From the human T2T-CHM13v2.0 reference genome, Homo sapiens: 64,000 bases of DNA. The stretch is from the NCBI RefSeq assembly GCF_009914755.1, contig NC_060926.1; one strand, written 5' to 3'. The notes beneath the pieces are model-generated. The model had not been told where the DNA came from, ran no database searches, and worked only from the letters and a program-made list of their open reading frames with translations. Numbering within the stretch: the stretch's first letter is position 1; every line of letters begins with the position of its first letter. Both the position numbers and the translations under genes were made by a program. Positions 32,290 to 48,075 of the stretch are shown here, piece by piece.

Positions 32290-33031
32290 TGTGGTGGGTT
32301 GCATGGTGGTCCCCAAAAAGATATGTCCCTTTCCTAAGCCCCAGAACCTGTGAATACGATCTTATTTAGAAAAACGATCTTTAGGCCTGACACAGTGGCT
32401 CAGACCTATAATCCCAGCACTTTGGGAGGCCGAAGTGAGCAGACTGCTTGAGCTCAGGAGTTCAAGACCAGCCTGGCCAACATGCTGAGACCCCATCTCT
32501 AAATAGCCTGGAGTGGTGGCATACACCTGTGGCCCCAGCTTCTCAAGAGGCTGAGGTGAGAGGATCTCTTGAGCCTGGGAGATGGAGGTTGCAGTGGGCC
32601 GAGATTGCACCACTGGACTCTAGCCTGGGCAACAGAGCGAGACCCTGTCTCAAATAAAAAAGAAAAAGAGTCTTTGCAGATGTAATTAAGTCATGGATCT
32701 TGAGATGACGTCATCTAGGAATATCCAGATGGGCCCTAAATCTAAAGACAAGTGTCCTTAGACAGAAGAAAAAAAAGACACAGAGAAGAGACGGTTATGT
32801 GAAGACAGAGGTAAGATTAGAGGTCTGCAGTCATGAGCCAAAGACCTCCTGAAGCCACCAGATGCTGGAAGAGTCAAGGAAGGATTCTTCCCTGGAGCTC
32901 TGTGGGAGTAAGGTGCTCCCAGCACCTTGATTTTGGACTTCTGGCCTCCAGAGTTGTGAGAATAAATTTCTGTTGTTTTAAGCCACTCGGTTTGTGGTTA
33001 TCTGTCACAGCAGCCACAGGCTACTAACACA
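32290..33031 (+). mobile_element. MLT1B/C solo LTR interrupted by an AluJ
   Basis: tgtggtgggttg...cccagaacctgtgaat on the left, then gtctttgcagatgtaattaag...ttctgttgttttaagccac...actaacaca. Confidence 0.85.
32383..32660 (+). mobile_element. AluJ
   Basis: J-type dimer with a shortened linker and an approximate TSD agaaaaa...tcttt. Confidence 0.88.
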
Positions 33032-33911
33032 CCGTGCAATGTATTTAAGTGCATTTTATTGCTATCAAATGGTCCCTGCACCCCCTGCCCTGCATCTCCA
33101 CCAGCCTCAGTTCCACCTGCTTGCTGGAGCAAACGGCAGTGGAAAAGTTCATCAGTTCTCTTAGCTCCTTCCAGGCTCGTCTCTACCCATTTGACACCGG
33201 CCCTGGTTAGTATGTCCAAGTGGCCTTGAGCCACCTCCCTGAGAAAGTCACTCTCTGCTAGGATGGAGCAAGTCCTGCAGACTGCGGGTCGGGGAGGGCT
33301 TGCCGCAGCCTGGGCCACAGGCTCTCTCCTCCTGGAAGCTAGTCTGCCATGGCTTGTGCTGTGCAGGACTCAAGGTCACTTCTGGTTTAAGCCCCCATCT
33401 CATTGACAAAGGAACGAGCAGGGGACAGCCATCTGAGGGGAGGGCATGGGGAACAGCATAGGTGGGAGCCCCAGTTCTCCCAAGCTATTCAGGAATCGGA
33501 TCGAGTCACTCCTTTCCTCAGAAACAGAGCAAGGCTCCTCACAGCCTCCCAAATCGAGCCCAAACTCAGCCTGGAACTCAGCACTCTTTATTATCTGGCC
33601 CTGGGCTGTTGCTGGATTCCTAGACACTGGGATTCCTGGATGCTGATCCAGCTCTCAAGAGCCCTGGCTCTGTGGCTATGATGATTGCCCCTGAATATCT
33701 GTACCACTACACCCAAACCACTCAGGGGCCCCAGTGTGTGTGCCCCTGTTCTGTGAAACGTGAACAGTGTTGGCTGAGCCAACACACCCTACCCTACACC
33801 CCGCCCCTGTTCCCATCCTGCCCTGCACCTCCTCCTGCCTTAGTTCCACTCTGCCTGGGGAGAGGAAGGGACAGACCCTGCGCACTCCCCTCCTGTCCTA
33901 TGAGCTTCTCA

Positions 33912-33979
33912 ATGCCTGATCACCCCACCGCCTGCCTGATCACCCCTGCCTGATCAGGATGCCTGATCACCCCACCGCC
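33912..33979. repeat. Short complex tandem repeat, 4 x TGCCTGATCA
   Basis: Read directly. Includes the palindrome CCTGATCAGG at 33949-33958. Confidence 0.85.
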
Positions 33980-34119
33980 ACCCCCACCATAATGGCCTTG
34001 CCCAGCAGAGCGCACAGTAATTGCATGATCAATATTTGTTCATATGAGTTGAGTTGAACTGATTTAAAGGAGTTCCTCCCCAGACAGAATGATTCCTCTC
34101 CTTAAAGATGTAGGCTTTC

Positions 34120-34445
<326 letters not shown>

Positions 34446-37299
34446 AAAAGATGTAGTCTTCTATATTTTGTAGCTTTCCTGGTCCTTACTTATTCTTGCT
34501 CTCTGACATCATCTAGTCACAGCTCACCAATTCCTGCTTTGCAGTGAGCAGGCTGGGAGCTGTACATTCCCAGGAGGCACCGTTCACACAGACCGTGACA
34601 TGACTGGCACCCCCTGAAGTGTGTGATGTAGTGTCCCTATCCCCAGGTGCCTTCAGCCTCTGGATGCTGGCCCACCTCAGGGAAATATAGATGCTGTTTT
34701 TCTTTCCTGGTGCTTGTTTTGCAAAGCAACTTGAGACACATGGCCAGGGCTTCCTTCTGGGGCTGCAGCATCTCCCTGCAGAAGCAGCCAGCTCCTCCAC
34801 AGCAGGGTCATCAGGGAAACACCCCATTCTCTGTTCCCCTCCATCGCAGAACTAGATGGGTTCCTAGAGGCTCCCTAACTAGGTCATCCTCCAGCTGTCC
34901 ACAGACCTTGCCTTCTGTCTTTGTAAGCGGGACACATGATGCATGGTCCTAATGCGCATGTTTGAGGGTGACAAGGAGCCTTGATGTATTAGTATACCGG
35001 GACAACACGTATAAATCATGACTGTCCCTGGGAATCTGAGATTCCAACGCAGGACTGCCTGACACCAAAACCTATGCTATTAGGGTTGACAGAAGGGAAA
35101 GGAAGCCAGAGAGAGCAGGGAGAGCTCTCCAGGGAGGGGTCCCAGGGAAAGGACCTGGAGGAACAGTTCCATGTGAGGACACTGCTGCTTTTGCCTTCTA
35201 TGTCCCCCCACCCAGCCTCCTCCCTTCCAGGCCTAACTTCTGGTGAGCCAGACCCACTGGGGCCAGGAGAGTTGGTGCAAAGATCCTTCAGCGGAAGGTC
35301 AGGGGTTCTGGAGTGAGTCTTGGGTCCATGTAAGCAGAGCCAGCCACTTCCCCTACCTGGCCTTTGTCAACCCTTCTGCACACTGGGCATAATCCCCGCC
35401 CTCCGTGGGATGATGTGGGTGATGGGCTGTGGGCCCTGTGAGACACGGTAGCTCTTCTCGCTTGGGGTCTGGATGGGGGCTCTCCTTGAATATCTCCTGG
35501 AGGGACAAATAAGCTCTCAATCAAATACTTCCTGTTGGGCACCTATTCCTGAGCACATCTCTCTGGGAAGAGGGGGTTAAAAAAGGGGGTCTATGACATT
35601 CCTTCCTCAAAGCATTCTGGATGCAATGGAATAATACAGGAGCTGGGATATAGCTAACACCAAGAATGACAGATGTTGAGAAGCTTGAATGGGGAAGAGG
35701 AAGCAGGCATGGAGATGGTTGTGGGACCAGTCGCCATGCTGGTCCGCGAGGAGTCTCAGGGGGTTATGGCTGAGGCAATGGCACTGGTGGTCCTAAGGAA
35801 GAATTTAGGTGGTCTGGGCTTCCATGCCATGGTTGCCTGGGCCCCAAGCTCTATGTGTACGTGATGTGAAGCCAGGAAATGCAGGCAGTGCAGCTCAGCC
35901 TCCTGGGCTGCCGGAGGAGCTCTGAGAAACCTGGGGCCAGGGAACCAAGCAGACTGGCTCTATCTTGGGATTTGGCTGCAGACACTGCAGGAACTGAATG
36001 CCTTGCGAGGCTGGGACTGCCTTCTTCAGCCCCGTTTCTGTGTGGGGTCCCACGTAGGCAGCTGTCACAGGCTCCCAGAGGGATATTCAAGTGGACCAAG
36101 GCAGGAGAAAGGCTGGGGAAGGCTGAGGTCAGCAACGCCCTCTTCGGTTTTTGATAATTTTAGCCACATAGGGAGGAGGCCAGTTGTTCTTTATCTGAGG
36201 CAATTGTCTTCAGTTTAAATGAGTCCCCGGAGAGGCTCACAGCTGGGACAGGAAAGCGGGCAGAGGCGGAAGTGGGGAGGGCTCAGGGCTTGACAACGGC
36301 CTGGCTCGGTAGGCTGACTCCTCCGCTAGGAAGCAGCAGCTCCAGATCTGAGTGCAGGGAGGACAACTGCATCCCCAGGAGGCCCGGGAGGTCACTGTCT
36401 GATCTGGAAGGGGCAAGAGATGGATCACAGGAACGGAAGTATAGGAAACATGGCCAGAGTTAGCAGCGTGGGTGCAACTGGAATCGATTGTTAGCCCATC
36501 CACTTGGGGACTTTCCACAGGACAAAGCAAATGCTCCCCTCCAGCCTATGAGGTCAGGGACCTCAGGACGTGTAGAGCGTTCAGTGTCCCCGCTGCCCTT
36601 CTGGCCTCCCTGTGTGACTTGGATGGATCTGAGGTGCCTGCTCCTGGACACCGCTCTCCTGCAGGGTCAGATGTGGAGTGTCCCCTGCAGGCCTGAGGAC
36701 TCAGCACTAGTGAAGGGCTCTCAGCAGCTTGCTCAACAGGCACTGTCCCCTGGGATGTTGGTTTGTTTAAACGAAGGTGTTCTGGCCTAGTGGGCGGTGG
36801 CTGCTATGAGTAATCCTGCTCCACAATTGACATCTCAGTTCAAATTCTTCAGCTCTGTCTGTTTTTCACCCGATCCATGCAACCAAAGGGCTCACATAAG
36901 CTGACACCCATCGCCTGCTCTCCTCAGGGGAAGCATGGGAGCCAGGGACAGGAAAGCCTCTGCAGGGCACAGCCAGGCACTGTGTCGCCCAGCAGATCTG
37001 GACACAAGGGCTGCGGGGCCAACCAGACACTCCACTGAGCATGCGGGCCAAGGAGGCCTCTGAGAGCTCAGTGAGAGGACACAGCTAGGAAGTGGCAGAA
37101 CTGGAATCTGGATCCAGATCTGCCTGGCTCCAGAGTCTTTCTCTGGGAGAAATATTATGAAGCACTATTAGAGGGTGACCTTTGCCCCCAAACTCACTGT
37201 TCCTTAAGCCCACAGCCCAGACAGTCATGTTATTTGCTAAAAACAAAGCTTAGCAGTTTGATATGGATTCCATTTCATAAGAAGGCAGGAGGACGCTGT

Positions 37300-37510
37300 T
37301 GATAACACATGGTCTTTAGAGCCAGCGCAACTTAGCTCTGTCACTGCTTGCTGTGTGACCTTGGGCCAGTCACTTAACCTGAGGTTTGCTTTCATTTGTT
37401 AAAAAGTAATAATAGTTACCTTCTATAGTTATCTTGAAAACCACAAGAGACATGTTTATAAAATAATTAGAACAGTCTCTGGCACATGGTAAGTTTTCCA
37501 AAATATGCGG
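37300..37510 (+). mobile_element. MIR
   Basis: ctgtgtgaccttgggccagtcacttaacct core. Confidence 0.8.
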
Positions 37511-38369
37511 CTCTTATTCTAATAATATATTTTTCCTCTCTGTTATTGGGGATAAGTATAGCTTGATTGATATATACATGTGTATGTGTGTATGTATATA
37601 TATAGCTCCACACATTTAAACCATAACAGCATCTTGTGGTGACTCAACCCGTCTGTCTGCTAAAAGAGAACAAGCCCCTGGCCCATTTCATGTGGTTGCT
37701 TTGAAGGATGATCATAAATGTGTTCATAAAGACCTCTGCCAGATGTCAAATCCTCATTCATGAAGCGTAGGATTCCTTCAAGACTGCACATCCAGCTGGG
37801 GACAGAGAAAATAAGAGATCACAAAGGGGTGTTTTGAAAATTTGCAGAAAAAAAAAAGAACCAACAAATAGGGGACTCTAACTACATCCCTTTAACCTGA
37901 CTTTTGGTCCTTATTAAAGTCCATACTTTGAAGGTTTGAATTCACTGGACTGGGGGCTCATCTGATCCTCCCCAGGAACTCTGAGACATTGAGGCAGAAG
38001 TTTCTAGCCCACAGCATCCCTGGGGAAAATGGTGAAGGTGCTTTGGAATCAACACTCAGACCCCTGGGGTTTACAGCCGGGAGCCTGCCCCCAGGCCTGG
38101 CCAGGTGGTGGCTTAGCGGATGGGTGGGGAGCCACCCTCGGTAAGCAGAGTGCCAGGATGTGTGGCTTTCCCCAGGACTGAAGCTAAAGGCCTGCGACGG
38201 TGGCTCTGCACACCCTGCCCCCTGCCTCTCCTTGGCTCAACTCCAGAGGCTTCTGGAATCAGCTCTTGTGGCCTGGGAAACAGAGCCTGGGCTATTTTGT
38301 CTTCTGATTTTTTTTTTTCACTTCATATTATTTTGTATCCTCATTTCCCTGTGTCACTGATAAAATTAT

Positions 38370-38820
38370 AATAGTTAACATGCTCAGTGCTTATCATGTC
38401 GTGGGCAGGGGTCCAAGCACTTCACAAGAATTAACTCATTGAAGCCTAACAATGGCTCTACAGGCACCTAATCATCCCATTTTCTAGCTAAGGAAAGTGA
38501 GATATGGGGAAGATCATGCAGCTTCTGCAAGGCCGCTCAGCTAGATGGTGGCAGGACTGGGGTCCTAGCCCACGCTGAGGCTCCAGGGCCTGGGCCTGTA
38601 CATGAAGTGGCCATGCAAGACGCTTACCACATGTCAGACATAGTTCAGAGGAGTGAATGGATTTAATCTGCCAAACGACCATGAGCATAGGAACCATTAT
38701 TATCATCTGCTTGTCTCCATGGGGAAACTGAGGCAGTAGGGGGTTTAATATTTGCCCTTAGTTCCACTGCCAAGTGTTAGCCAGAACCTGCATGTTTAAC
38801 CATCACGCTGTGCTTCCTGG
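38370..38820 (-). mobile_element. Two MIR remnants
   Basis: attaactcatt...cccattttc...aaggaaagtgag and ggggaaactgaggc. Confidence 0.65.
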
Positions 38821-40009
38821 TGGGGGGCTGCCTTTTCCCTGTTGCACCCTGTCTCTGGTTACCTAGGATTCTATTGCATCAATGTCATGATTGGCTCAAC
38901 CGCCTTCTGCTGTGGGGCCTCTGAGCTGCCCTCGCTGCCCACGGGAGATCTTCACATCCTGCCCTCAATAGGCTTTCTAGAATGGGTCCTAGAGAGTTTT
39001 CTGGGTGGCTGTAAGCTCTTCCCTCTCCCTTCTTCCAGGTCCTGGGCACAGAAGGTAACATAAGGGGCCACCAGATATTATGGCCGAGAGGTGTCACAAC
39101 ACAGCCAAATGCCAACCTATTATTGAAGAGCAGTCTATCCCTGTCCAGCCTCTCAAGTGCCCTGGAGAGAAAGAGAACTTCAGGAAGGCCAAGACACACA
39201 ACACCCCTCCCCCCAACCACATACACCCCTCTTCAGCTATACTGGGATGGTCAAGGCAATGGTCTGAGAATTGTCTTGTTTCCTGCCACCATCCTGTGAA
39301 CCAAGAGCAGTAAACTTCTGAAGTCTCCATGCCAACCCCTGCAGCCTTCCAAATGGGCACCCAACTGGGTCTAGGACTCAGATTGCGACCCTGGTCTTGC
39401 CTAGGGACACCATGGGCTGTGCAGGTGGAGCTGAGACTCTTCGAAGATCACATTGCTATCTTAATCCTTTTGGCCTGAAGCCTCTGAAGGACTCTGTCAC
39501 CCTGGGCAATCTTTTGAGGTCAAGGTGAGATGGGGGTATCTTGGGTTCTGCTCTGATTCTGCTAGCACGCCTTTGGATCCTATCTCCCCCACTGCAAAAT
39601 AAGGAGACTGTTAAAATACACCTAGATTTGACAGTATACTCCACTATTTCCCGAAGTGTATTCCATGGAACAATGAATTGCTTGAACCAGGGGTTCAACT
39701 AAGTCAACTAAGTTTGAGAAACATTGCATAGCCTGGTCCACTCATAGAGATCCACAATGCATACACTCTGAGTTGTTCCACTCTAAAGGTACCTAGTTAG
39801 CCTGACTTAACCCAGTATCTCCCATGTTTACTTAACCATGGAACACCTCTTTAAAAAGTAACATCTAATAAGCCTTAGGCAGGAAGTATGTGCAGAAATG
39901 CTGGCCTCTTCTGTCCCATGTCCTCTTCACTGAAGCCAGGCCCAGAACCAAGCCACCATGTCCCCCCACGGGGCACCTCTGCTTCCTGCCAGCGCCCTAC
40001 CTCTCATAC

Positions 40010-40330
40010 TGTGTGGTTCATTCAAACTGACGGCAATTTCTTCAGTAAATCCCATTCCCTTTGGTATCTCTGCCAGGCCGTGTGCTGTTCCTCTGTGGGC
40101 AGAGAGGTGAAGGAGACAGCCTTACCCTCTAGTAATGCAAGGCCTGAGGCATCCACAGACTGGCATAAGAGCCAGAAGGGAGAGCAAGGAGGGAGACTTA
40201 GACATTTCCATCCAGACATCAGGGAAGGCTTCCTGGAGGAGGTGGCCTGGGATTTGGGCCTTGATGACCTGGTAGAATTGGCTGGGAGCAATGGCTAGAC
40301 ATGGGGTGTCTTGGTCTGGCAGTTTCAGAG
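40010..40330 (-). mobile_element. L2 remnant
   Basis: ttcattcaa...tgccagg..tgtgct and cagggaaggcttcctggaggaggtg. Confidence 0.6.
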
Positions 40331-40707
40331 TGGTGTGGGGGAAGGGTGGAGAGGGTCCCGTGTCTTCTCTGTGATCTTGAGCACCCTGACTCCAAGCCTG
40401 AACCTACAAACTCCACTTAGCAAAGCAAAAGCCTTCCAATTAAATGGGCTCAGTCTCCTTAGAAGGGAACAGCCATCTTTTGCATCTTGATCCACCCCAA
40501 GTAGTTTACTGAAGTATTCCTTGCAAAATATGCAGTTTCGTCCTTAAGAAGAGGCCTGTTGAATATACTTTTTTTCTCTCTCTCTTTACATTCTGGTGAT
40601 ATTTTAGTGCTTCTTAGGAAATGGAGCCCACCCTACTCCTGAATTTAGCTGTAACATGAGAAAAAGAAATTGATGTCTCAGGTGTATGGACTTTTGTTCA
40701 TACATTC

Positions 40708-41708
<1,001 letters not shown>

Positions 41709-41800
41709 TCAATCAACATTTACTGAGCACCTACTTTGTTCCTGGTGCTGTGCTAGGGACCTACAGTGGCATCAAATATGTCCTTTTCCTTAGAGAAGCC
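41709..41800 (-). mobile_element. L2 3' end (host of the Alu and retrocopy insertions)
   Basis: tcaacatttactgagcacctact...tgtgctagg. Confidence 0.7.
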
Positions 41801-42174
41801 CAAACTTGTGGGCCTCAGTAAGTCATGGCTCTTGCAGTAGTACATCAGTGAAGCTTCCAGGTGTCATGAATGGACTACTTGTGAGAAGCTGCTGTATCAC
41901 TGTGTGAAACAGTACATTTATGAGGTCCTGTGGCTGCAAAGTGACAGAGTACACTCGGAGCTCCTGGGAGAGGTCTCTAGAGCAGTCCAGGCGCAGGGAC
42001 AGCTCTTGGGAAGGAGATGGGTTAGGAGATAGGGGGTGAAAGGGCAGCCTAGCAGGGGAGCAGACTGCATAAAGACAATGGCATTTGCAACTGAGCTGGG
42101 ATTGAGGCTGGAAGCTGCACAGGGCCCGGCTCATGAAGTGCCTCTCCAGCCAGACCTTTCCATCTGAACATGAT

Positions 42175-42473
<299 letters not shown>

Positions 42474-44645
42474 TGAATGGGATCCTGAGGGCGTTTCACA
42501 GAGAGAGGGCTTGATGAAGTGTATGTTTTTAGGACGCTCCCTCTGGTTGTGGGCAGAGCGTAGGCGCCAGCAAGGCAGTTATTGCCAGGATGACCAGACT
42601 TTCTTGCCTGGAGCTGTCTGGAGATTGTTAGGACCCTGGGTTCTGGGGAGACCTTTGGGATGGGCCAGGGGCCTCCCCACTCCCTGCAGGCACTGTGCTC
42701 TACCCAGCAAGAACCTGCCAGGCAACGAGGACAGGGAGGACACAATTCCTGGGACATGGCGCCAACAATAGGTGCGGGCGCTGTCAGGGCATCTGCAGGA
42801 GGCTCCGGGACACTCCCTTCACGGTATCTGGGCAATTAATTATTTCTTATCTTGCTGGGTAAGGGGCTCACGTGGAAATCACTCCCATCCTTCTGTTCAA
42901 ATGTTATGTTGCTATTTATTCTGAACAGGAAAGGAGCACAAAATAGCACTGCTTTTAGAATGGATGCCAAGTGGAGGGTTTTTTTGCTATCATTTCTGAG
43001 TTGTGAGAACAGGGAGGGTGGGGTGGTGTGGCCCTTTCTCTGGGGCTGTTGAGGTGGGGCAGGCACCCCCAGGGGTGTGCTCTGCGGAGGTACAACCTGA
43101 TGAGTGGCTTCCTGCACCAACCTGGGGGATCTGGGAACCCAAAAGAGCCAGAGCCCCAGAACCTGCCTGCCCTTGGCATCGACCCTGGACAGTTCTTTCT
43201 TTGCAGGGAACAAGGCCTCCCTCTCCCGTCTCCAGAACAGGAGGGGAACCCTGGGAAGGCAGCATCGCTAACCCTTGTGGAGAGAGGTGAGAGCGAGCCT
43301 TTGGGGAGAGAATCTGAAGTAGGTCAGGCCTTCAGAGTCTTGGAGGGGCTGGAACAGGAGAAGGGCAGAGGGGCACAGGCACGCTTGGCTGGTTGCCTGG
43401 TGTCCAGCAGAGAATCCTGGGCCGGGAGCAGAGGACCCAGGCTTTGGCCCAAGCTCTGCCTGCTTGTGTGAGGCTGAGCTAACTAATCTGTCTTCCTGGC
43501 TTCACTTTCTTCATCTGTAAAATGGATCTTCCTCCTTCAACAAACATCCCAGGAAAAAGTATAATACGGTTCCTCTAACTTCCACACATAATAAAACATT
43601 CTCAAAGAGCAACCGTGCTGGGCATCTAGGGGAGATACCAGGAGGGTGGCATACGTGTTGGGAGGTCCCTGTGTCGCAGGCTTGCTGCAATTCACATCTT
43701 CCCAGAAACTGCAAGGAAACAGCCACCTTCTGGCCTTGACAGTTTCAGAATTTCAGAGGAGGGTCCCTGGATCCTTGGCAGCTGGGAGGAATTGACAGGC
43801 CCTGCGGTATGGGAGGTGGAGGCACGCCCAGGACGTCTGGCAGGAGGGTGGAAATCTGTCTGCCACACTGCTGAGGGTTCCCACCACCTCTATCTCTCTG
43901 AGCTTCAATTCCTTGATTTTTTAAGGTAAGGATAATAATGCTGGCCTCATGTGCCAGGGCAGGGGAGAAAAACTGAGAAGACAGAGGGGCCACGTTTACG
44001 CTGTTCATTGTTCTGTCCCTGGCGCCCAGTAGGCCTCCGTAAATGTTTGCTGAATGAATGCAAGTGAAGTGCATAGTTCAGGGACTGCTGTAGAATCAAC
44101 GGCTGCTGCCATCAGTCCCCACACCCCTGCCCCCAGCTCCACGTCCACTGCCCTCTGTGGCAGCTACTGGCTCCGACATTTTGCACTCTCAGGGGGTCCT
44201 CACCTCACCCCAGCCCTGTATCCCGTCCAATTCAGCTTCACGGGTGGTGGGGAGCTGTCCATGCCTCTCACCATGCCTTGCTCTCTGCGGCTGCCAGAAG
44301 CCTCCATTGTTTGCCCCACCAGATGCCAAGGCGTGCTGTGAAAGCCGTCTCCCAAAAGGAAGCAGGGGTCTCTGGACTTCAGCCAGGGTCACCCACCGCT
44401 GCCTTGCCCTGCCCTGCCTGGTATTGTCTTCCTGCCCTAGGGTGGGGCCACATCAACGCCACTGGCTCTCTGCAGCGCCAGCCCGACCCAGCCTTGTCCA
44501 CTCCTCCCTGTCCTGCTGGGATGTGGGCTGCAACTGCCCCTTCTGGCTTGGGACAGGAGTTTCCCTCATGCATCTGTTTCTCCCACCCTCCCTCCACACC
44601 ACGCCTTCTCCCCTAAAGCGAAATTGCTTACTTAGGAATGTGTAG

Positions 44646-45046
<401 letters not shown>

Positions 45047-46023
45047 TAACCCTTGCTACTAGCAGCCCTCTGGGGCTGAGAGAGCTCCCTCCTGGGAGCC
45101 TGTGGGCCTCCCCACTTGAGCAGGGCCCCAAAGACTCACCCAGGGACTTCTCCTCCTGCTACCATTTCTACCAATTGTTTGCAGCCTGCTCTTGTGTCCA
45201 GGGTGCTAGAGGGCACCTTTCTTGCCCACAACTGCCTAGCCCAACCTCCCACTGCATACATCCACTCTCCCACGCCCCTAGGAAGCCATTACTCACCTTC
45301 AGGACACAGCCCATGTGTTCATTTGTAGCATTTGTTCAACAAGAGCTTGTCAAATGGCTCCTACGGATAAGGTAAGGCGAGGTTGGACGGTGGGTCGTTG
45401 GAAGCAGGTCGGCCCCAGTCCAGGGCTCTTACCCTTGGCTGTAGTGCCTGGATAGGTTGGGAGTCCACCTGGGAGCTTGAGTGCCCTTGCCAATGGTGAG
45501 GCCTGTCCTGGCCGTGGCTCCACCTGAGCCCCCGGGGTGCCAGAGCAACAACATGAGGCCCGAGGGGCCGACAAACACAGCTGGAGGAGGTTGGGAATAC
45601 AGTATTAATGAGCACCTGATGTGTAACAGGGGGTAAAACCAGCCGTCTCTGCCCTCGTGTTGCTCACTACTGGGTGAGGAGAGGGAGGCAGCTGGAGCTG
45701 TGCCAGTTACTGATTCTGACGCTTTGCACACTCAGGGGGATCCATGCCTTGCCCCAGCCCTGAGGCCCTTCCCTTTGGAGCTTCAAAGTGAGCCCCAGGG
45801 GGATGGAGGAGGGAGCTCTGACTCCAGGGTGGGGACCAGGAAGCCCTCACAGAGGAGCTGGACTTGAACATTGCATTGGCTTTTGATAGTCAAAGATGAG
45901 GAAGGGCATTCAGGTGGAGGGAACAGCATTTGTGAAGGCTGGAGGTCAGGAGAGATGGCTACGTGGAGGTGTGAATAATCTGGGCTTTCCCGGTGGGGAT
46001 TGGTAGGTGCAGAGGCTGGGAAA

Positions 46024-46136
46024 TAGGGTGAGCAACCATCCTGGTTTCCTGGGACTGAGGGGCTGCCCAGGACACAGGACTTTCCGTGTGAAAACCAGGG
46101 AAGTCCTGAGTAAACTGAGATGAGTTGGTCACTGTA
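46024..46136. mobile_element. MER81-type hAT-Blackjack MITE
   Basis: TIRs TAGGGTGA.CAAC and GTTGGTCAC..TA. Perfect 8-bp TSD CTGGGAAA at 46016-46023 and 46137-46144. Confidence 0.88.
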
Positions 46137-46792
46137 CTGGGAAAGCTAAACTGGATTCGGAGACAAACAGGCTCTGCATATACTGGTAAAAGGTTTGGTG
46201 CCATGAAGAGTTATAGAAGGATATTTTGTAAGGGAAAGGGGAGGAAGCAGCAAGTACGTTCCATCGGGGTGCACGAGTGTCTGGACAGGTGGCTGGAGAC
46301 CGATGACAGGAGTCTGGCAACGGGCGCCCGGGTCCTGAGTGCCCGGATCTGTGGCAGGGCTGAGTCTGCTGATTGTGGCCAGAAGGCTGTGGCCCTGGGG
46401 GCAGGAAGCCAGGCACATTGCTGTCCCATGCCTGTTACAAGGTGGCAGAGGCCCGCATGGTGCGGGCTCTGGTCTCACACCCCTGGCTTTGAGGCCATCC
46501 TGTGTCCAGTGTGCCCTTGGAGACAGCCTGTTGAGGATGGCATCCCCAATTTGGGACTGCAGTTATGCAGAGTGATACTCTCGTCTGCATGACTACCACG
46601 ATGGTGATAACAGCTGGGGCCGGTGGGCAGTGGGCACCTCTATCTAGGGTGCTCTGCCTGGGTAGACTCCTCTGAGAACCCCACATTGACCCCACAAAGA
46701 GAAATGCTAGTGCTGGGTGTTCGGACTTCAGCCAGGGAGCTGTCAGTAGCTATGTCTAAGGTGTCTCAGCCTTTGTTAAAAAGCCAGTACAG

Positions 46793-47018
46793 GACCACCC
46801 TGGGCAACACAGGGACACCAAGTCTCTACAAAAAAAAAAATAAAAATTAGCTGAGTGTGGTGGTGCGTAAGCTACTCAGGAGGCTGAGGCCCAAGGATCA
46901 CTTGAGCCCGGGTGGGGGGTTGGTCAAGGCTACAGTGAGCCGTGATTGCACCACTGCATTCCAGCCCTGACAGAGCAAGCGCCTATCTCAGAAAACAAAC
47001 AAACAAACACAAACAAAC
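46793..47018 (+). mobile_element. 5'-truncated AluJ
   Basis: Linker plus right arm with a (CAAA)n tail. TSD approximately aaaagcca..acagga. Confidence 0.8.
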
Positions 47019-47270
47019 AAAAGCCAACACAGGAGAAGGGGGCAGGATGGGGACTTTCTACTTCTCTCTACCCTTAGTGAGTATGCATTTTGCTAAGGAT
47101 CAAGGATTCGTGCCCACCATGGACACCATAAGGAAGGGAGCGACTCCTGCAGGCTTCTTTGTGTAGCTTTAGGGTCTGGAAGGACCAATTCTGGCCAGAA
47201 ACAACAAGACCTCTTTCTTGGGCATGAGGCTGTGGTAGGGGCTCCTCTAAGCCTCTTAAGAGGTACCTGG

Positions 47271-47559
47271 GGCCAGGTGCGGTGGCTCACGCCTATAATC
47301 CCAGCACTTTGGGAGGCCGAGGTGGGTGGCTCACCTGAGGTCAGGAGTTCGAGACCAGCCTGGCCAACATGGCAAAACCCCGTCTCTACTAAAAATACAA
47401 ACAACTGGCTGGGCATGTTGGCAGGCACCTGTAATCCCAGCTACTCGGGAGGCTGAGGCAGGAGAATTGCTTGAACCTGGGAAGTGGAGGTTGCAGTGAG
47501 CCAAGATCATTGCAGCCTGGGCAACAGAGCAAGACTCTGTCGCAAAAGAAAAAAAAAAA
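47271..47559 (+). mobile_element. AluSx-type
   Basis: Full dimer with TSD aggtacctgg. Confidence 0.95.
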
Positions 47560-47569
47560 AGGTACCTGG

Positions 47570-48075
47570 GAGGAGGGGAGTGGAGAGTTACTGGTTAAGG
47601 GGCAGAGTTTCTGTTTTGGAAATAGTGATGATGGTTTCACAACATTGTGAATGCAATTACTGCCACTTAATTATACACTTAAAGATGGTTAAAATAGCAA
47701 TATGTTACGTATCTATTTTACCATAATTTAAAAAAAATTGTCAAGGTCATAAGAAGCAAGGAAACCCTGAGAAGTGGTCCCAGGTGAAAGGAGACCAAAG
47801 GACGTGACAACTAAATGCAACGTGGCAACCGGGATTGGGCCTAGGCAAGAAAAATGACACTGTAATGTCCCTTAAGGAAAAACTCTAAAATCCAAATAAA
47901 GTCTGTAGTTCAATTAATAGTATTGTTCCTATGTTAATTTCTTTGCTTTGACAAGTGTACCACGGTTATGTAAGACGTTAACACTAGCGGAAGCTGGGTG
48001 AGGGTACATGGGAACGAACTCTCTGTACTATCGTTGCAACTTGTCTGTAATGATTCCAAAATAAAAAGTTGAAAA
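47570..48075 (+). mobile_element. Two abutting L1M 3' ends (L1MB-like, then L1MC/MD-like)
   Basis: acaacattgtgaatg...acacttaaagatggttaaaa followed by an A-run near 47735. Then gacaactaaatgcaacgtg...atgttaatttc...aaaataaaaagtt. Confidence 0.8.
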
